In this document: positions 1-12,630 of the stretch, piece after piece | Layout of the letters: the number at the start of each line of letters is the position of its first letter | Numbering within the stretch: position 1 is the first letter of the stretch | Source: Isurus oxyrinchus | Taxonomy: Eukaryota | Direction of reading: 5' to 3' | DNA: 64,000 bases | Assembly: GCA_026770705.1 (NCBI GenBank) | Contig: JANJGN010000007.1 | Location: forward strand, 13,640,001 to 13,704,000 | The notes under the pieces: generated by a model | Told to the model about the DNA's origin: nothing | What the model saw: the letters and a program-made list of their open reading frames with translations, nothing else | Database searches by the model: none | Position numbers and translations under genes: made by a program

Positions 1-729
1 CGATTAGATCTTAAGTGTTTATTTCTATTTGTGCCCCTAGTCCGTCCATTTAATTGCGGATGAATCTGCATTCAGATAAAAAAGCAGTTCATTTTTTTTT
101 AAACTCATTTATTTTTTGAGTCCTGTTCTTTGCAGGTAGATCATGGGGTCAGTGCCACCTGTTCCCACCAGATACCAGCTGCTGGTTTTCCTTTTCACAC
201 TGGGCCTGCTTTTGTAAAACCAGGCATGGCATGATACGGGTAACAAACTCGCTGTAACCCCTTGGAAGAATTTAAATTAACCCTGCGTGTGCCAGCACGC
301 ATCGAGCTCAAGAGGTAGGGCGTAACGCCAAACGCTTGAGAAAAACCCATTCTTCTTATTCAAGGCATTACAGTTATGCTTTCTGCATGTACCCTTCTAA
401 CTAAGTGACAGAAAGGGCTACTGCCCATTCAGCGTTTGGATAGTGTGCGACTGCCAATGCAGGTTTGATGTCAGTTTACCTCTGGGGCAATCACAAAAAC
501 GCATGTGAGCGGAATTAATGTTTCCCACATGCTGTTCTGAGGAAGACGGCACACCAGAGTCAGCCCTGTGGAGAGCGCGGCTGATGACAGCTCACCAATG
601 GTTCCATCCTTCAAGTCACCATGGTCAGGCTTTCTCCCAGTGCGTTATTTTTGGAGGCAAAATCATTTTTCTGACCAGCGCTCATCCCATCCATCTATTG
701 GAGCAGAACAACAGCTTGTATTTATGTCA

Positions 730-2180
730 TGGAATCATAGATTGGTAACAGCACAGAATGAGGCCATTCAGTCCATCATGCCCATGCTGACTCTCTGCAA
801 GAGCTACTCCATCCCATTCCCCTGCCTTCCCTCCTGTAGCCCTGAATTTTTTTTCTTTAGATGATTATCCAATTCCATTTTGAAAGCTCTGGTTGAATCT
901 TGCCCCACCACACTCGCAGCCAATGAGTTCCAGATCCTAACGGTTAACGACAGGTCCCCGGGCGAGGTCCCTCAATTTGTTATGATCCTGTATGAGATAC
1001 CCCAAATTGTTATGCCCCCGGGTGAGGAGGAATGAACTGACTCCCTTTCTTTATTCAACCCCCTTGGTTAATTTAAAAAGGATCCCTTCCCTCATGGATA
1101 CCTTTTCCCAATCCAAATGCATTTATGTTTTACAAGGAGCCAATTTAACCAGGCTTCCTTGAGTCAAAGAAAGAGTGAGTTTATTAGTTAATAAAACATG
1201 AGAAAAAAAATAAAAATGCAATACACATAGACACAAATAAGAAGTGAGAAGTGAGTCCAAAAATAAAAGTTAAAAAAAAAAGCATGAATCAGTCTTTGGC
1301 TTGTCCATGAGGAGTAGATGGTGAAATGTTGTGGCCCTGAAGTTGGGTGATTCCGGTAGCGCTGACTTTGGCAGTTGAGCAGTTGGTTTGGAGACTCTTG
1401 GTTCTGCAGGTTAGTTGAAGGAGTTTTGGCTTTGCTGCCTTTGACCTGCTTCCAGAAATCAGAGAGAGACTTTTTAACCTGCAAGAGCAGGGATGCCTAG
1501 TGGATGTTCTTCAGCTGTGACCTTCACAGCACACACTAGCACCAAAACAAGCACACAGAGACAAGGGTTGCTGTTGGCTTTTAACCCCAGTATTCCTTGA
1601 AAGGAAAGACAAGCATGTCCTTTGCCTAGAAGATGCTTTCCCTCAGTTCAAATCTTGTCCACAGTCTGGGATATAACTCAACAGGAGATGGTTTCTGCAG
1701 GATGGTAATCAGTTTTTTTTTTTGCTTTGCATCTCTTCCTTTGAAGTGGCTCTGTCTGAAGGAGGCCTTGACACCTCTTTAGCTGCGACATTCCATTTTC
1801 TCTGGACTTGTTGGTCACGTGTAATCCACATAGGAATTTTCCAGCAAGTGGTTACTTTACAGACTCAGCCAGCTTTTGCTTGTAGGTCCTTTTTCAAAAA
1901 AACACACGTCTTACTTAAAAGTCAAATACGTCCATAAGTAATTTAGGGCTAGGATCTGTGGTCATGACATAATCGCTCACTGCGCAAAAATGTTTTTCCT
2001 CTTGTCACCTCTGCTTCTTTTGCCATGTACCTTAAATCAGTGTCCTCTGGTTCTGGAACCTTCCTCCAAACAGAACAATTTCTTCCCACCCTCTCGGTGC
2101 AGGTCCCTCATGATTTTGAAAACCTCTATCAAGTCTCCTCTCAACTTTCTTTCCCCTAAAGAGAATAACCCCACTCCACC
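730..2180 (-). mobile_element. CR1 LINE 3' fragment split by an LTR-like insertion
   Basis: ORF 2037-2249 contains GLFSLGERKLRGDLIEVFKIM (CR1 ORF2 C-terminus). The matching 3' UTR is at 730-940. Confidence 0.85.
978..1969 (-). mobile_element. Probable solo LTR
   Basis: Begins TGTTATGA and ends TCATGACA (TG..CA inverted termini), interrupts a CR1 fragment, and has a minus-strand AATAAA near 1180. Confidence 0.6.
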
Positions 2181-2820
2181 TTTAATGTAATAAAACACTC
2201 CAAAGCCCTTCACAAGAACGTTATAAAACAAGATTTGCCACCAGGGCACGTAAAGATGTTGGCACAGTGTCTCAAATCCAGCTATCTGAAAACTGGCAAT
2301 GCCTGAAAACCGGACATGTTTTAAGCTGCCATCCCTGAATTTTAATTATTATTAGATGAGTAAAATAACTTACCGCCGTGTTTTGCTAGGTGCGGTGGCA
2401 CGCCTGTCTTTTTTCTGCACTCCGAGCGACCTTTGATCTGACCCAACCTGGCCCGAGCTGCCCAACCCAACCCAGCCCAAAGCACCCGAGAGCCGAAAAC
2501 CAGTACCATCCGAAATTTGGCACGGACTTAACCCTGAGGTTGCCGGCTTTGAGACACTCTCCCTGTGTTCTGGCAGATGTCCAAATGTTTTACGAAGCAC
2601 CTTGAGGGCGGAGAGGAAGTTATAGAGACAGAGGGATTTGGGGAGGGAATTCCTTTCGGGCCGAGGCAGCCGAAAGCAAGGCCACCAATGGCGGAGTGAT
2701 TAAAATTAGGGATGCTCAAGAGGTGAGAATTAGAGGAGTGCAGGTATCTCGGAGGATTGTGGGGCTGGAGAAGATTACAGAGGTAGGGAGGGGTGAGACC
2801 ATGCAGGGATTTTTATTGGT
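2180..2820 (-). mobile_element. L2-like LINE 3' fragments with an internal insertion
   Basis: Similar to 30250-30800 and to the reverse complement of 48720-49310 (HGLAPPYL..LLQP; IGGLAF.CLGPK). Confidence 0.65.
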
Positions 2821-3129
2821 GAGCCAAGTCATATAAGAAGAACCAATTCCAAAAAGGCGATTTGTACATATTGGATGGTAAGACTGAGTGCGTTCAGGCA
2901 GGCAGAAGGGGTTCGGTTTTCTGGCCAAATGAGTCTCGGACTTGCATATTGAGTATTTGCTTTGGCTGGGTGAGTTATTACCTCTCTCTAACCCTATGTT
3001 TCAGGTATTTCTGGGAGTGGTGTGATGATCAGCTGGAGGCCTCGCCAGAATGATACCGTTGGGATTGCGGCTCAGTGTCTATCAGGCTGAGCTGTACAAG
3101 GAGACAAGGGTCCAGAGCAACTCTGGAGG

Positions 3130-3378
3130 ATGTCGCTGCTAATATTCAACATCAGCTACAACACATCCAACATGGCGGCCTCCTTCTTCAGCTTGACACC
3201 CGAAACGGAGCATGACAACGTAACAGACAAGGTGGCTTTTCAGACAGTAACCATGGTGACAAATGGTACCAACACTACTGCCATTCCACCACCTAACATA
3301 GAAACTGGGAGGTCAAGTATGGGGTTGGTGCTCGTACCAGTTGGAATTATCACTATTATAGCGTTAACTGTGGCTATG
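3130..3378 (+). CDS. C3orf18: C3orf18 homologue, coding exon 1 (Thr/Asn-rich luminal N-terminus plus transmembrane helix)
   Basis: ORF MSLLIFN...GLVLVPVGIITIIALTVAM ends at ATG|gtaagt donor (phase 0). Upstream acceptor ctctctctaaccctatgtttcag ends at 3004. GIITII.L.VA matches the C3orf18 TM segment as I recall it. The start may instead be ATG 3172 (aacATGG). Confidence 0.92.
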
Positions 3379-3889
3379 GTAAGTCAGTTAATTTTTCTTG
3401 CCCTATTTCAACCTGGGAAACATGCTTGAAGAGAAAAAAGTTGCAGAACGATGGGGAAAGAGCAGGGAATGCGACTAATTGGGTAGCTCTTTCAAAGGGC
3501 CAGCACAGGAGCAATGGGCTGAATGGTTTCCTTCTGTGCTACCTCATTCTATGTATTCTTGTTTCTTCTTTTATCTTGGGCTCCCCACTCTTGCTTCCCA
3601 CTTCCATTTGCCAAGTGTTACAGCCCAGTTGAGTCCCTCTGTTGATGTTTCTCATGAGTAAGTCAAAGGCAAGCAGGTAAAACCATGTCCTTTCCATGGA
3701 GCTCGTTCCCCTTTCCAGCCAGGAGGTGTACAGCTTGTTCATGATTGCCCCCAGAGTTCCGCCTAATGTTTGTATCTCACTGTGCGAGCTCAAATCTTAC
3801 CAAGCCATTCCAAGACATATGGCACACTGTATCCAGAGTTACCACAACTGGCCATTCTTAAAAATAATTCCTGAAGCCGTGGGCACCTC

Positions 3890-4785
3890 AAGTAATGATA
3901 TTGGAATACAGAGTAACATTTCAAAATTTGGTGATGATACCAAACTTGGAGATGTGGCAAACAGTGAGGATGCTACTGATTGACTGCAACATGGCAAAGG
4001 TAGGCTAGAAGAATTGACAGATAAGTGGCAGATGGAATTTAATACTGAGAAGTGTGAGGTAATGTATTTTCTCAAAAGCAATAGTAAGAGGCAATATAGA
4101 GTTAAAGGCACTGTTCTAAAGTGTAGGCATTGACAGAGGGACCAGGGGGTTCATGTGCACCGATCTTTGAAGGTGGCAGGGCATAGTGAGAGAATAGTTA
4201 GCAAAACATATGGGATATTGGGATTCATAAGTGCAGGTCTTGAGTACAAAAGCAGGGAAGTTTTGCTGAGCTTTTATAAAGCTCTGGTTAGGTCAGAACT
4301 AGTGTATTGCATCCAGTTCTGATCACTATGTTTTAGGAAGGATTTGAGGATCCTTGAGAGGGTGCAGAGGAGATTTACCAGAATGGTTCCAGGGAGGAGT
4401 TGATTTTAATGATATGGTCAGACTGGAGAAGATGGGGTTGTTCTCCTTGGAGCAAAGGAGATTGAGGGGTGATTTGATAGAGGTGTACAAGATTATGACG
4501 TGTTTAGATAAGATAGGCAAAGAAAAGCTGTTCCCATTAGCTGATGGTACAAGAACTGGGGGACACAGATTTAAGGTTTTGGGCAGGAGATGTAGAGGGG
4601 ATGTGAGGAAGAGCTTTTTTACACAGTGAGTGGTAATCCAGGGGTGGTGATGATGAATGATTTCAAAAGGAAATTGGATGGATACTTGAGAGAAATACAT
4701 TTTCAGGGCAACAGGGATAGAGTGGGGAGTGGGACCGATTAGATTGGTCCAAAAGCGTCTACCTCTGTGCCGTAATGACTCTAAC
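3890..4785 (+). mobile_element. CR1 LINE 3' portion (degenerate reverse transcriptase C-terminus)
   Basis: SKFGDDTKLG (FADD box), WQMEFNTEKC, LGLFSLEQRRLRGDLIEVYKIM; contains stops and frameshifts. Confidence 0.92.
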
Positions 4786-5082
4786 TTAGCTGGTCATTGC
4801 TATGCCTGTTTTATGCCCATAAATTTGACACACAATGTTTAATTGAGAGAGATTAATGGCAGCTCCCCACCAGAACCACGAGCCTGTCAATCTATCTTTA
4901 TAGACAGTAACATACCTGGCGAATTTTCCCGCCATTTTCTGCTCTTATTTCAGATTTCCACTGTTTAGCTCTGGCTTCCGGTACACTCTCTGTTTCTGCA
5001 GTCACTCTTCAGTGTTGAATTTTTTGCCCTTCTTTTGCCGTTGCTATATTGACACTAATGAGTAATCTTTCCTTGGATTCAG

Positions 5083-5108
5083 GTTCTGTACATCAGGAAA
5101 AGGAAAAG
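5083..5108 (+). CDS. C3orf18: C3orf18 homologue, coding exon 2 (26-nt microexon, VLYIRKRK-R)
   Basis: ttcag|GTTCTGTACATCAGGAAAAGGAAAAG|gtgagt. Encodes the end of the TM helix and the basic stop-transfer motif; phases fit both neighbouring exons. Confidence 0.93.
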
Positions 5109-5589
5109 GTGAGTGTGTTTGCTCTTTTTTTTAAAGTTTGGCAAAATCCTCCTGAATATTGTTCCTTTTTTTGTGCAGTGAGCAGTTTTAGAGAGGGGGG
5201 TGGGAGTTTAAGTTCCACAGCTGACCAACAGTCTCAACTCTGCTCATTATCAACTTGGAAGAGAGTAGCATGACGTTAACCCATGGACTGCTGACTGGTC
5301 CAATGAAATTACTTTGGGAGAAATTTTAACTCTCCAGGATGTGTTGAGTGGAGTTTAAAGATGAGAAAAAAATGGAAAAGTCATCCCAGCCCACCCCATT
5401 TCCGATTGGGTGGGTCGTAGGGTGGACTCTCTCAGGTGGCAAGTCAGTCCTCCAAGTATTTCAAGGAGGCTGTATGCCTTCGTTTTAACATCAATTTTAT
5501 TTTTGACACCTGCAGACTGGGTTTCCTGGGCCTTAGGAGACTCTAGCAACTGGAGGGAGGTGTGCAGGGTCGGATCCATCGGTTAGTAT

Positions 5590-5800
5590 TGGGAATTCTC
5601 TACCCCAGGCAGCAGGGGAGGCTGGATCATTGAATGTATTCAAGGCAGAGTTAGACAGATTTTTGATCCACAAGGGAGTCCAAGGTTATGGAGGGCAGGT
5701 AGGAAAGTGGAGTTAAGGCCACAATCAGACCAGCGATGATCTTATTGAATGGTGGAGCAGGCTGATTGGGCCAAATGGGCCTATTTCTTATGTTCTTATT
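5590..5800 (+). mobile_element. CR1 LINE 3' end
   Basis: ggaattctctacccc...gatcttattgaatggtggagcaggc...ttcttatgttctta, shared with other CR1 tails in the window. Confidence 0.8.
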
Positions 5801-5848
5801 TTCCTCCACTCCACTGACATTGGATTAGCCCTCATTTCTCACTCCGTC

Positions 5849-6100
5849 TGTTGTAATATGCCTTTAAGGGTTTGTAGCATGACATCACTAGAAAGGAAGT
5901 GTGTCATGCGATCCAGGTTTAGCTTCACTTTTGCTTTTCAACAAAGCACAGATACACAGCTCTGCAGCACTGAGGTCTTCAGGTTTTATATATCTTTATA
6001 AATTTTCCCATGTGCCTAGCCTTAATAAATAAACCGACAATGTGTTTATCCAATCTCTTATGTGAGATTGGTGCCTTTATATCATTATAAAAACACAACA
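5849..6100 (+). mobile_element. Short solo LTR candidate
   Basis: Termini TGTTGT...ACAACA, internal TATA-like run and AATAAA about 75 nt before the end. No clean target-site duplication. Confidence 0.5.
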
Positions 6101-7282
6101 CTCTCCACTGACGCAAGATCACTTCTCAATCCCCACTCCCTCTGTTCCATTGGTGGCTATTTTCTTTCGGCCAGAAAAGTACCAGTTTGACTGTGGGAGG
6201 GTCGCAGGGATGAAAGATGGAGGAATATCAAGATCAGCCAATCCTGTCTTCAACCAATGCCAGTCCACATCCATTAAACAGCAAGGTTTACCAATAATAA
6301 TCAAGAGCAGGAACCATGGCTTTTGCTTTCTCTGATTCCGCGATGCTGATTCCAGGTGGACTGAGATCCTAGACCTCAACACAAACCAATGCCTACCTTG
6401 CGCACTTGCAATGCTTCAGGAGAGCACAGCAATGGTTTCTAATTTATTTCCTCATTGTGTAGCATTACAGATCTACTGGATTTCTCTCAAACTGTGAACC
6501 ATTGATGTAGTAGTGTGATTTTGGGCGTAAATTAATCCTTAAACTTCATTCCTGATCTTTAAGATATCAGTAAGATTAATGAAGCTTAGAAAACTCGGAT
6601 AAGGTACATATGATAATATGGAACATTCAAGATTCTATGGCCCAATATCAATCATGTTGCATCAAATAGGCTGTTCTGTACCAAGGACCTGCCTCCAGGG
6701 TTCTTGCCATCTAATTGCAGATGGACTGCTGGAGAATTGTAATGTCCCCTGACAACTTTGGTCTTCTTCCTCCAACGTTAACTCAATTGCTCCCTAATGC
6801 CCAAAATTTAGTGAGGCAGAGAGAGCTTTGTTACCCATCCCCAATTGCCCTTGAAACAAGTGGCTTGGTAGCCCATTTCAGAGTCAACCACACTGCTGTG
6901 GATAGACCAGATGAGATATGGATGGCAGGGTTCCTTCCCTAAAAGGGATTAGTAAACCAGATGGGTTTTTATGACAACTGATGGTAGTTGTTGTGGTCAT
7001 CATTACCAAGACTAGCTTTATATTCCAGGTTTATTAATTGAATTTAAATTCTACTAGCTACTGTGGTGGGATTTGAACCCATGTTGCCAGAGCTTTAGCC
7101 TGGGTCTCTAGATTGCTGATTGATGGTGACATTACTACAATGCCATCATCTCCCCATTATAGACATTCTGCTTGATTTATTTCAAAGCCAAGGCATTTGA
7201 AAATGGTCCCACTCGCCCATCACTTGGACCCACTCTGACCTACTTTGGCTCCTCCAATATCTTAAATTTAAAATCCCAATTC

Positions 7283-7790
7283 TGGGCACTGCACTTTGGG
7301 AAGCACGTCCAGGCTTTGAAGAGGGTGTAGAGGAGATTTACTGGAATGGTACCAGAAATGAGAGACTTCAGGTACATGGAGAAACTGGTGAAGATGATTT
7401 GTTATCCTTAGAGTAGAAAGGGCTAAGAGTGGATTTGACAGAGGTGTTCAATATCATGAAGGGTTTTGACAGAGCAGTAAAGGAGAAGCTGTTTCCACTG
7501 GCAGAAAGGTCAGTGATCAGGAGGCACAGATTTAAGCTAATTGACAGAGAGGGGAGATAAGGAGAATTTTTTTTCGGCTGCGAGTTGGTGTGATCTGCAA
7601 TGCGCTGCCTGAAAGGGCAGTGGAAGCAAATTCAGTGGTAACTTTCAAAAGGGATTTGGATAAATACTTGAAAGGAAGAAAATTACTGGGGAAAGTGCAG
7701 GGGAATGGTTGCTTGGGAATGGGAATTTGTCAGCTCTTTGAATAAAGAGCCAGTACATACCTCTTTCTGTGCTGGAAGATTCTATGATTC
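7283..7790 (+). mobile_element. CR1 LINE 3' fragment
   Basis: WA..FGK.V.ALKRV.RRFTGMVP motif and a typical CR1 3' end. Confidence 0.85.
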
Positions 7791-8012
7791 TTCTGTCTTT
7801 AAATCTCTCCATGGCCTCACCCCTCCCTATCTCATTAACTATTTTCAGTGCTGCAACCTTGACCAGCTACCACCCCCAGCCAAACTCTTTGTTCCTCTTC
7901 CTCTGCCCTCTCATGCATCCACCCTCGCTTTTATATACAAATCTTAAGGGACTGGACAGAGTAGATGCTGAGAAAATACTTCCCCGGCTGAAATCTCAAA
8001 TATGGAGTCCTC

Positions 8013-9379
8013 GGCCTGGATTTTCATCCTCGAAGCGGGTAGCGGGTAGTGGGAGTTGGGAAATTTCCTGGCTCAGCGTGCCCCCCCACTCACCCGGCAC
8101 CCACCCCCCCCACCCCAGCCAGGAAAAAAGTGCCCTCACAGGCATGATTTTCATTCTAGGGGGTGGGGTTGGTGGGTGTGGGGGGATTGAGGGGTGATGG
8201 GGAATGTGATGGCTGGTGGTGGTGGGTAATGTCAGGAGTCGGGCCTGTAACTCCTGGAAAGAATTCGGAAGCAGCCACAGGGGCAGCCAGGTACGGAGGA
8301 GGACTGTTTTAAAAGGCCCATCTCGGTGCTGTGGGACTTTGTCCCAGTTAAAATAAAAAGAGGAAGGCCCTCTAACCCTTACCCCTCACACCTCCTGATC
8401 CCCATACACTCTCCATTCCCCATCCATACCCTCCACCCACCCTCTCATACCTTCCGTGCCAAGCTATGCCCCTCCACCCACCCCCACATGGCCCGTTATA
8501 CCCTCCATGCTAAGATGTTACACTTCCATGCCCTTTAACTCAAAATACACTCTGTGTAGAGACAGTTAACCCTATAGTGGCAATAAATGTCTCTAAAAAA
8601 GCTTTAAAAAAACAGCCAGGCATTCATAAAAATTGCTTTCACTACACCCCAATAAAAGCGTCAATCATCCTGAATCTTTAAAGTATCAGTAGCAGAAATT
8701 GCAAGCACTTGAAACCTCTTTATCTTGTGTGAATAAGCATTATGAAATTGACAGAAGAGATCAGAGACCCAGAGCTGTCAATCAAGCAATGTTTTCCCTG
8801 TAACCCAGTTGTTTCAGATTCTAACGGATTTCTGGGCTCTCAGGCAAGCCTCATTATACGTTTTTAAAAGCTTTTTTAACACATCCTATTGTCACTCGAG
8901 GGGTCATTGGTTCAATATGGAATGTATAGTGGGTGAATGGGCATTGACGTGCCAGAGCTCGGCATGGAAAGTATGGGGACCCTGGGTAGTGGGTAGAGGG
9001 GCATAGCTTGGCATAGAGGATATTAAGGTCTAAGGTGGGTGGGTGGGGGGCATAGCTTGGCATGGGTAAGATCTTTTCAACTTACCTTTCAAAAGGTTCC
9101 CTCATCCAGACTATGGTTCACAGCACCTCTGACTTTTTGAAAACTGGGCCCAACTCCATGAAAATTGTGGAGAACTAGGACATGTCTAACCCCACCAATG
9201 GATTCGGCCAGGTTGGGAGTGCAGGGTGCGGGCTTGTGACCTGACCCAGTCTGCACCCTCAAACAGCAATGCTGTAAATCAGAAAGCCCGGGAATGGGGG
9301 TCAAGGATCTCGGAATTGGGTCCCGGCCGTCATTTTCACCCCTCCACAAAACCTCCCTGACTCCATAAAAATCCAGCCC
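8013..9379. mobile_element. Non-autonomous PIF/Harbinger-like element inserted in a CR1 fragment
   Basis: Terminal inverted repeats GGCCTGGATTTT / AAAATCCAGCCC; internal inverted C-rich and G-rich arms. Flanks 7930-8010 and 9380-9660 rejoin as one CR1 3' end. Confidence 0.7.
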
Positions 9380-9945
9380 CGATTCTCAGAGTAAGGGGTC
9401 GGCCATTTTGGACCGAGGTGAACGACTTCTTCAGACATAGGGGTTGTGAACCTTTGGAATTCTCTAAGTCAGAGAGCTGTGGATGCTCAGTCATGGAGGG
9501 AGGTCAATAGATTTTTCTGAGCTAACAAAATAAAGGAATATGGGATAATGCAGGAAGGCAGAGCTGAGGTGGAAGATCAGCCATAGTCTTGTTGAATGGT
9601 GCAACCAGCTCAAAGGTCTGAAATCCAGCTTTGTTTTCCTGAGCTTTTATGTTCTTAAGTCTACCGTAGGCAGTCACTTCTGTCCCACACTCCGAAAATC
9701 CTCCCTAAACACCTGCATCTCTCTATCTCCTTCTCCTCTTTTAAGACCCTTCTTGTAACCTCACTTGTTTGTCCAAACATTTAGTCACCTCTCCTGACAT
9801 CTCCTCCTGCGCATCAGCATCCATATTTTCCCCTCAAGCCTCTGTGAAGCGGGGTGGGGGTGGGAGCTTTCCCTGGGGTGGTGGGGTGGGAAGGATCATG
9901 GATTAACACATAAACTTACAGGGTGCAAATGCCCAGCCAAATATG

Positions 9946-10007
9946 CCACCCCCCCTCACCACCCCCACCCCCCCCCCCCCCCCCCCCCCCCCGCCCCCCC
10001 CCCCCAC
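9946..10007 (+). repeat. Poly-C low-complexity tract
   Basis: Near-homopolymeric C run. Confidence 0.95.
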
Positions 10008-10424
10008 CTCGAGTAAGATGTGGAAAAGCTGCACGTAACCCTGAATCCAGTTCTGACTCTTTTTTTGAGCTGGCACGAATGCAAGTTGTTCTAGCTTTTG
10101 TTCTTGTCTTTGCCACTGTCACCACATGGAAACCTTCTAGATTAGATAAGGTTGATCCGGGAGAATACTTTCAGTGAGGCTTCAAACACCAGGTAGCACA
10201 AACTGAAACCAAAGAGGTTTGCAGTGAGGAAGGAAACAAAGGTGAAACTTTCCTCATCCAGAATATAACGGAGCTTCAGGATTGCCAGGAACACGGCAGG
10301 CATGGGTTCAAGGGACAATTTTTCAGACGAGGAATGGAGATCATGGTGAAAGAATGGGGAGGCTGGTCAATGGAAAGGCAATAAGATTGTTGGGCTGAAT
10401 GCTTGTTTTTCCATTCCTAAAATG

Positions 10425-11330
10425 TATCAGCTGTGGCACACTGGGTAACACTCTTGCCTCCGAGTCAGAAGGGTGTGGGTTTAAACTCTACTCCGGAGGC
10501 TCGAGCGCACACTCCAGGTTGATGCTTCCAGTATATCGGGAGATGCCGCCTTTTGCGTGAGATGTTGAACCAAGGCTCCACCTTCTCAGTGGGTGGAAAA
10601 GATCCCAAGGCTTTATTTCCATAGAACCATGGAACCATAGAAAAGTTACAGCGCAGAAAGAGGCCATTCAGCCTGTCATGTCTGCGCCGGCCAGAAAAAG
10701 ACACTCGCCGCTCATTTTAATCCCACTTGCCAGCACCTGGTCTGTAGCCTAGCAGGTTACAGCGCTTCCGATGCAGATCCAAGTACCTTTTTAATGAGTT
10801 GAGCATTTCAGCCTCAACCACTGATTTAGACAGTGAATTCCAGACGTCCACCACCCTCTGCATGAAAAGGTTTTTCCGCATGTCCCTGCTAATCCTTCTA
10901 CCACTCACCTTAAATCTATGTCCCCTTGTAAGTGACCCCTCAGCTAGGGGGGAAACAGGTTTTTACTGTCTACCCTATCCAGGCCCCTTATAATTTTGTA
11001 CACCTCAATTAGGTCAACCCTCAGCACCCTCTGTTCTAAGGAAAACAACCCTAGCCTATCCAATCTTTCCTCATAGCTGCAATTTTCAAGCCCTGGCAGC
11101 ATTTCAAAGGAGAGCAGGGTAATTCTCCTGATGTCCTGGGCCAATATTTACCTGTCAAACAACACCACTGAAAGCAGGTTATCTGGTCAAGTATTACATT
11201 GCTGTTTGTGGGAGCTTGCTGTGCATAAATTGACTGTCGCGCTTCCTACAGCGGAACAGTGACCACACTTCAAAAGCACTTTGATTGGCTGTCAATCACT
11301 TTGGTATGTCGTTGAGGTGCTATATAACTG
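10425..11330 (+). mobile_element. tRNA-derived SINE with L2-like tail, split by a CR1 insertion
   Basis: Head with B-box-like gggtttaaactc at 10425-10619. Tail gctgtttgtgggagcttgctgtgc...gctatata at 11101-11330. Confidence 0.8.
10620..11100 (-). mobile_element. CR1 LINE 3' end
   Basis: SYEERLDRLGLFSLEQR.LR.DLIEVYKII; terminal 8-mer repeat (ccatagaa)n. Confidence 0.9.
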
Positions 11331-11614
11331 AACAGTATGCTGTTCTTGTTCAGGCCCAAGAAGCAACAGTATTTCCTGTCCAAGACCATCCCCTGGTAGC
11401 CAGGGGAGGGAATATATGAATGGCTGCAGGTTTAACTACAGGGCCTCTGAGGTCAGGTCCCTCTGACTGTTGAAGGAGTTCAGTCACTTGAAGACCTTAA
11501 TTGCTAAGCAAGAATCCTGCAGGGTGAGGTAGAATAGGGCTTACCTTCCCTTCTCCAGCAAGGACACAGGCCAAACTCCATCTTCCCTATGGAAAGCCCA
11601 GGAGAATGAACAGT

Positions 11615-11840
11615 AGGGTTGCCAACCCTCCATGATTGAATATGGGAAAAATCTGTTTGACTGACAGTCAAGAATCGTCCAATCAGGTAAGGAGGAGTCT
11701 GTTCGCTTTCCAATTGGCTATGGGAGGCCGGGGCCTGTAGGATGGACATGTCAGGTGACCACTGGCAGAAGAATGTGGGGGTGGAGCACTGGGAGGCAGG
11801 AGGACATGTGATGGAACCTCCAAGCACAGTTGGCAACTCT
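11615..11840. mobile_element. MITE with AGGGTTGCCAAC termini
   Basis: agggttgccaac...gttggcaactct. Related copies at 27143-27526, 41026-41296 and near 62236. Confidence 0.7.
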
Positions 11841-11864
11841 AATCTACAATGGATGGGGATTTTT

Positions 11865-12630
11865 TAAAAATTCATTCATGGGATGTGAACACTGCTGGCA
11901 AGGCCAGAATTTATTGCCCATCCCTAACTGCCCTTGAGAAGGTGGTGGTAAGCTGCCTTCTTGAACCGCTGCAGTCCATGTGCTGCAGGCACACCCACAA
12001 TGCCATGAGTGAGGGAGTTCCAGGATTTTGACCCAGCGACAGTGAAGGAACGGCGATATAGCTCCAAGTCAGGATGGTGTGTGGCTTGGAGGGGAGCTTG
12101 CAGATGGTCGAGTTCAAATACATCTGCTGCCCCTTGACCTTCTAGGTGAAGAGACAACTGTGGGTTTGGTAGGTGTTGTCAAAGGATCTTTGGCAAGTTG
12201 TTGCAGTTCATCTTGTAGCTGGTACACACTGATGCCACTTTGCTTTGTGAGGGAGTGAATTTTTAAGGTGGTGGATGGGATGCCAATCAAGTGGGCTGCC
12301 GTGTCCTGGATGTGTTAAACGTCTTGAGTGTTGTTGGAGCTGCGCTCATCCAGACCATTAGAAAATATTCCATCCCACTCCTGACTTGTGCCTTGTAGCT
12401 GGTGGACAGGTTTTGGGGAGGCAGGGCCTTGTTGCAGCCTCTGACCAATTGTAACCACAGTATGGGGGGGGGGGTGGAATTCAGCGATGGTAGTGCGGTT
12501 GAACATCAAGAAGAGGTGGTCAGATTCTCTCGCCTTGGAGATGGTCATTGCTTGGCACTTGTGTGGCACAAATGTTGCTTGCCGCTTGTCAGCTTAAGCC
12601 TGGATATTGTCCAGATCTTGTTGCACATTG
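11865..12630 (-). mobile_element. CR1-group LINE 3' fragment (second family)
   Basis: RSFTVAGSKSWNSL..GIVGVP..HGLQRFKKAA.HHLLKG and F.PHKCQAMTIS motifs; other copies at 17350, 35720 and 60935. Confidence 0.85.

Noticed and set aside
136-239. Possible 5' UTR exon of C3orf18
   Set aside because: The acceptor is plausible (ttctttgcag) but the donor is weak and there is no independent support.
3379-3429. C-terminal part of ORF 3130..3429
   Set aside because: Read-through into the intron past the gtaagt donor.
9916-10177. Poly-Pro and poly-Gly ORFs (also near 26342-26670 and 37682-37925)
   Set aside because: Artefacts of C/G homopolymer tracts.
11524-11531. Additional TGAGGTAG (let-7 8mer on the - strand)
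   Set aside because: It lies in a C3orf18 intron outside the proposed UTR and is consistent with chance. GAGGTAG hits inside LINE copies were also ignored.
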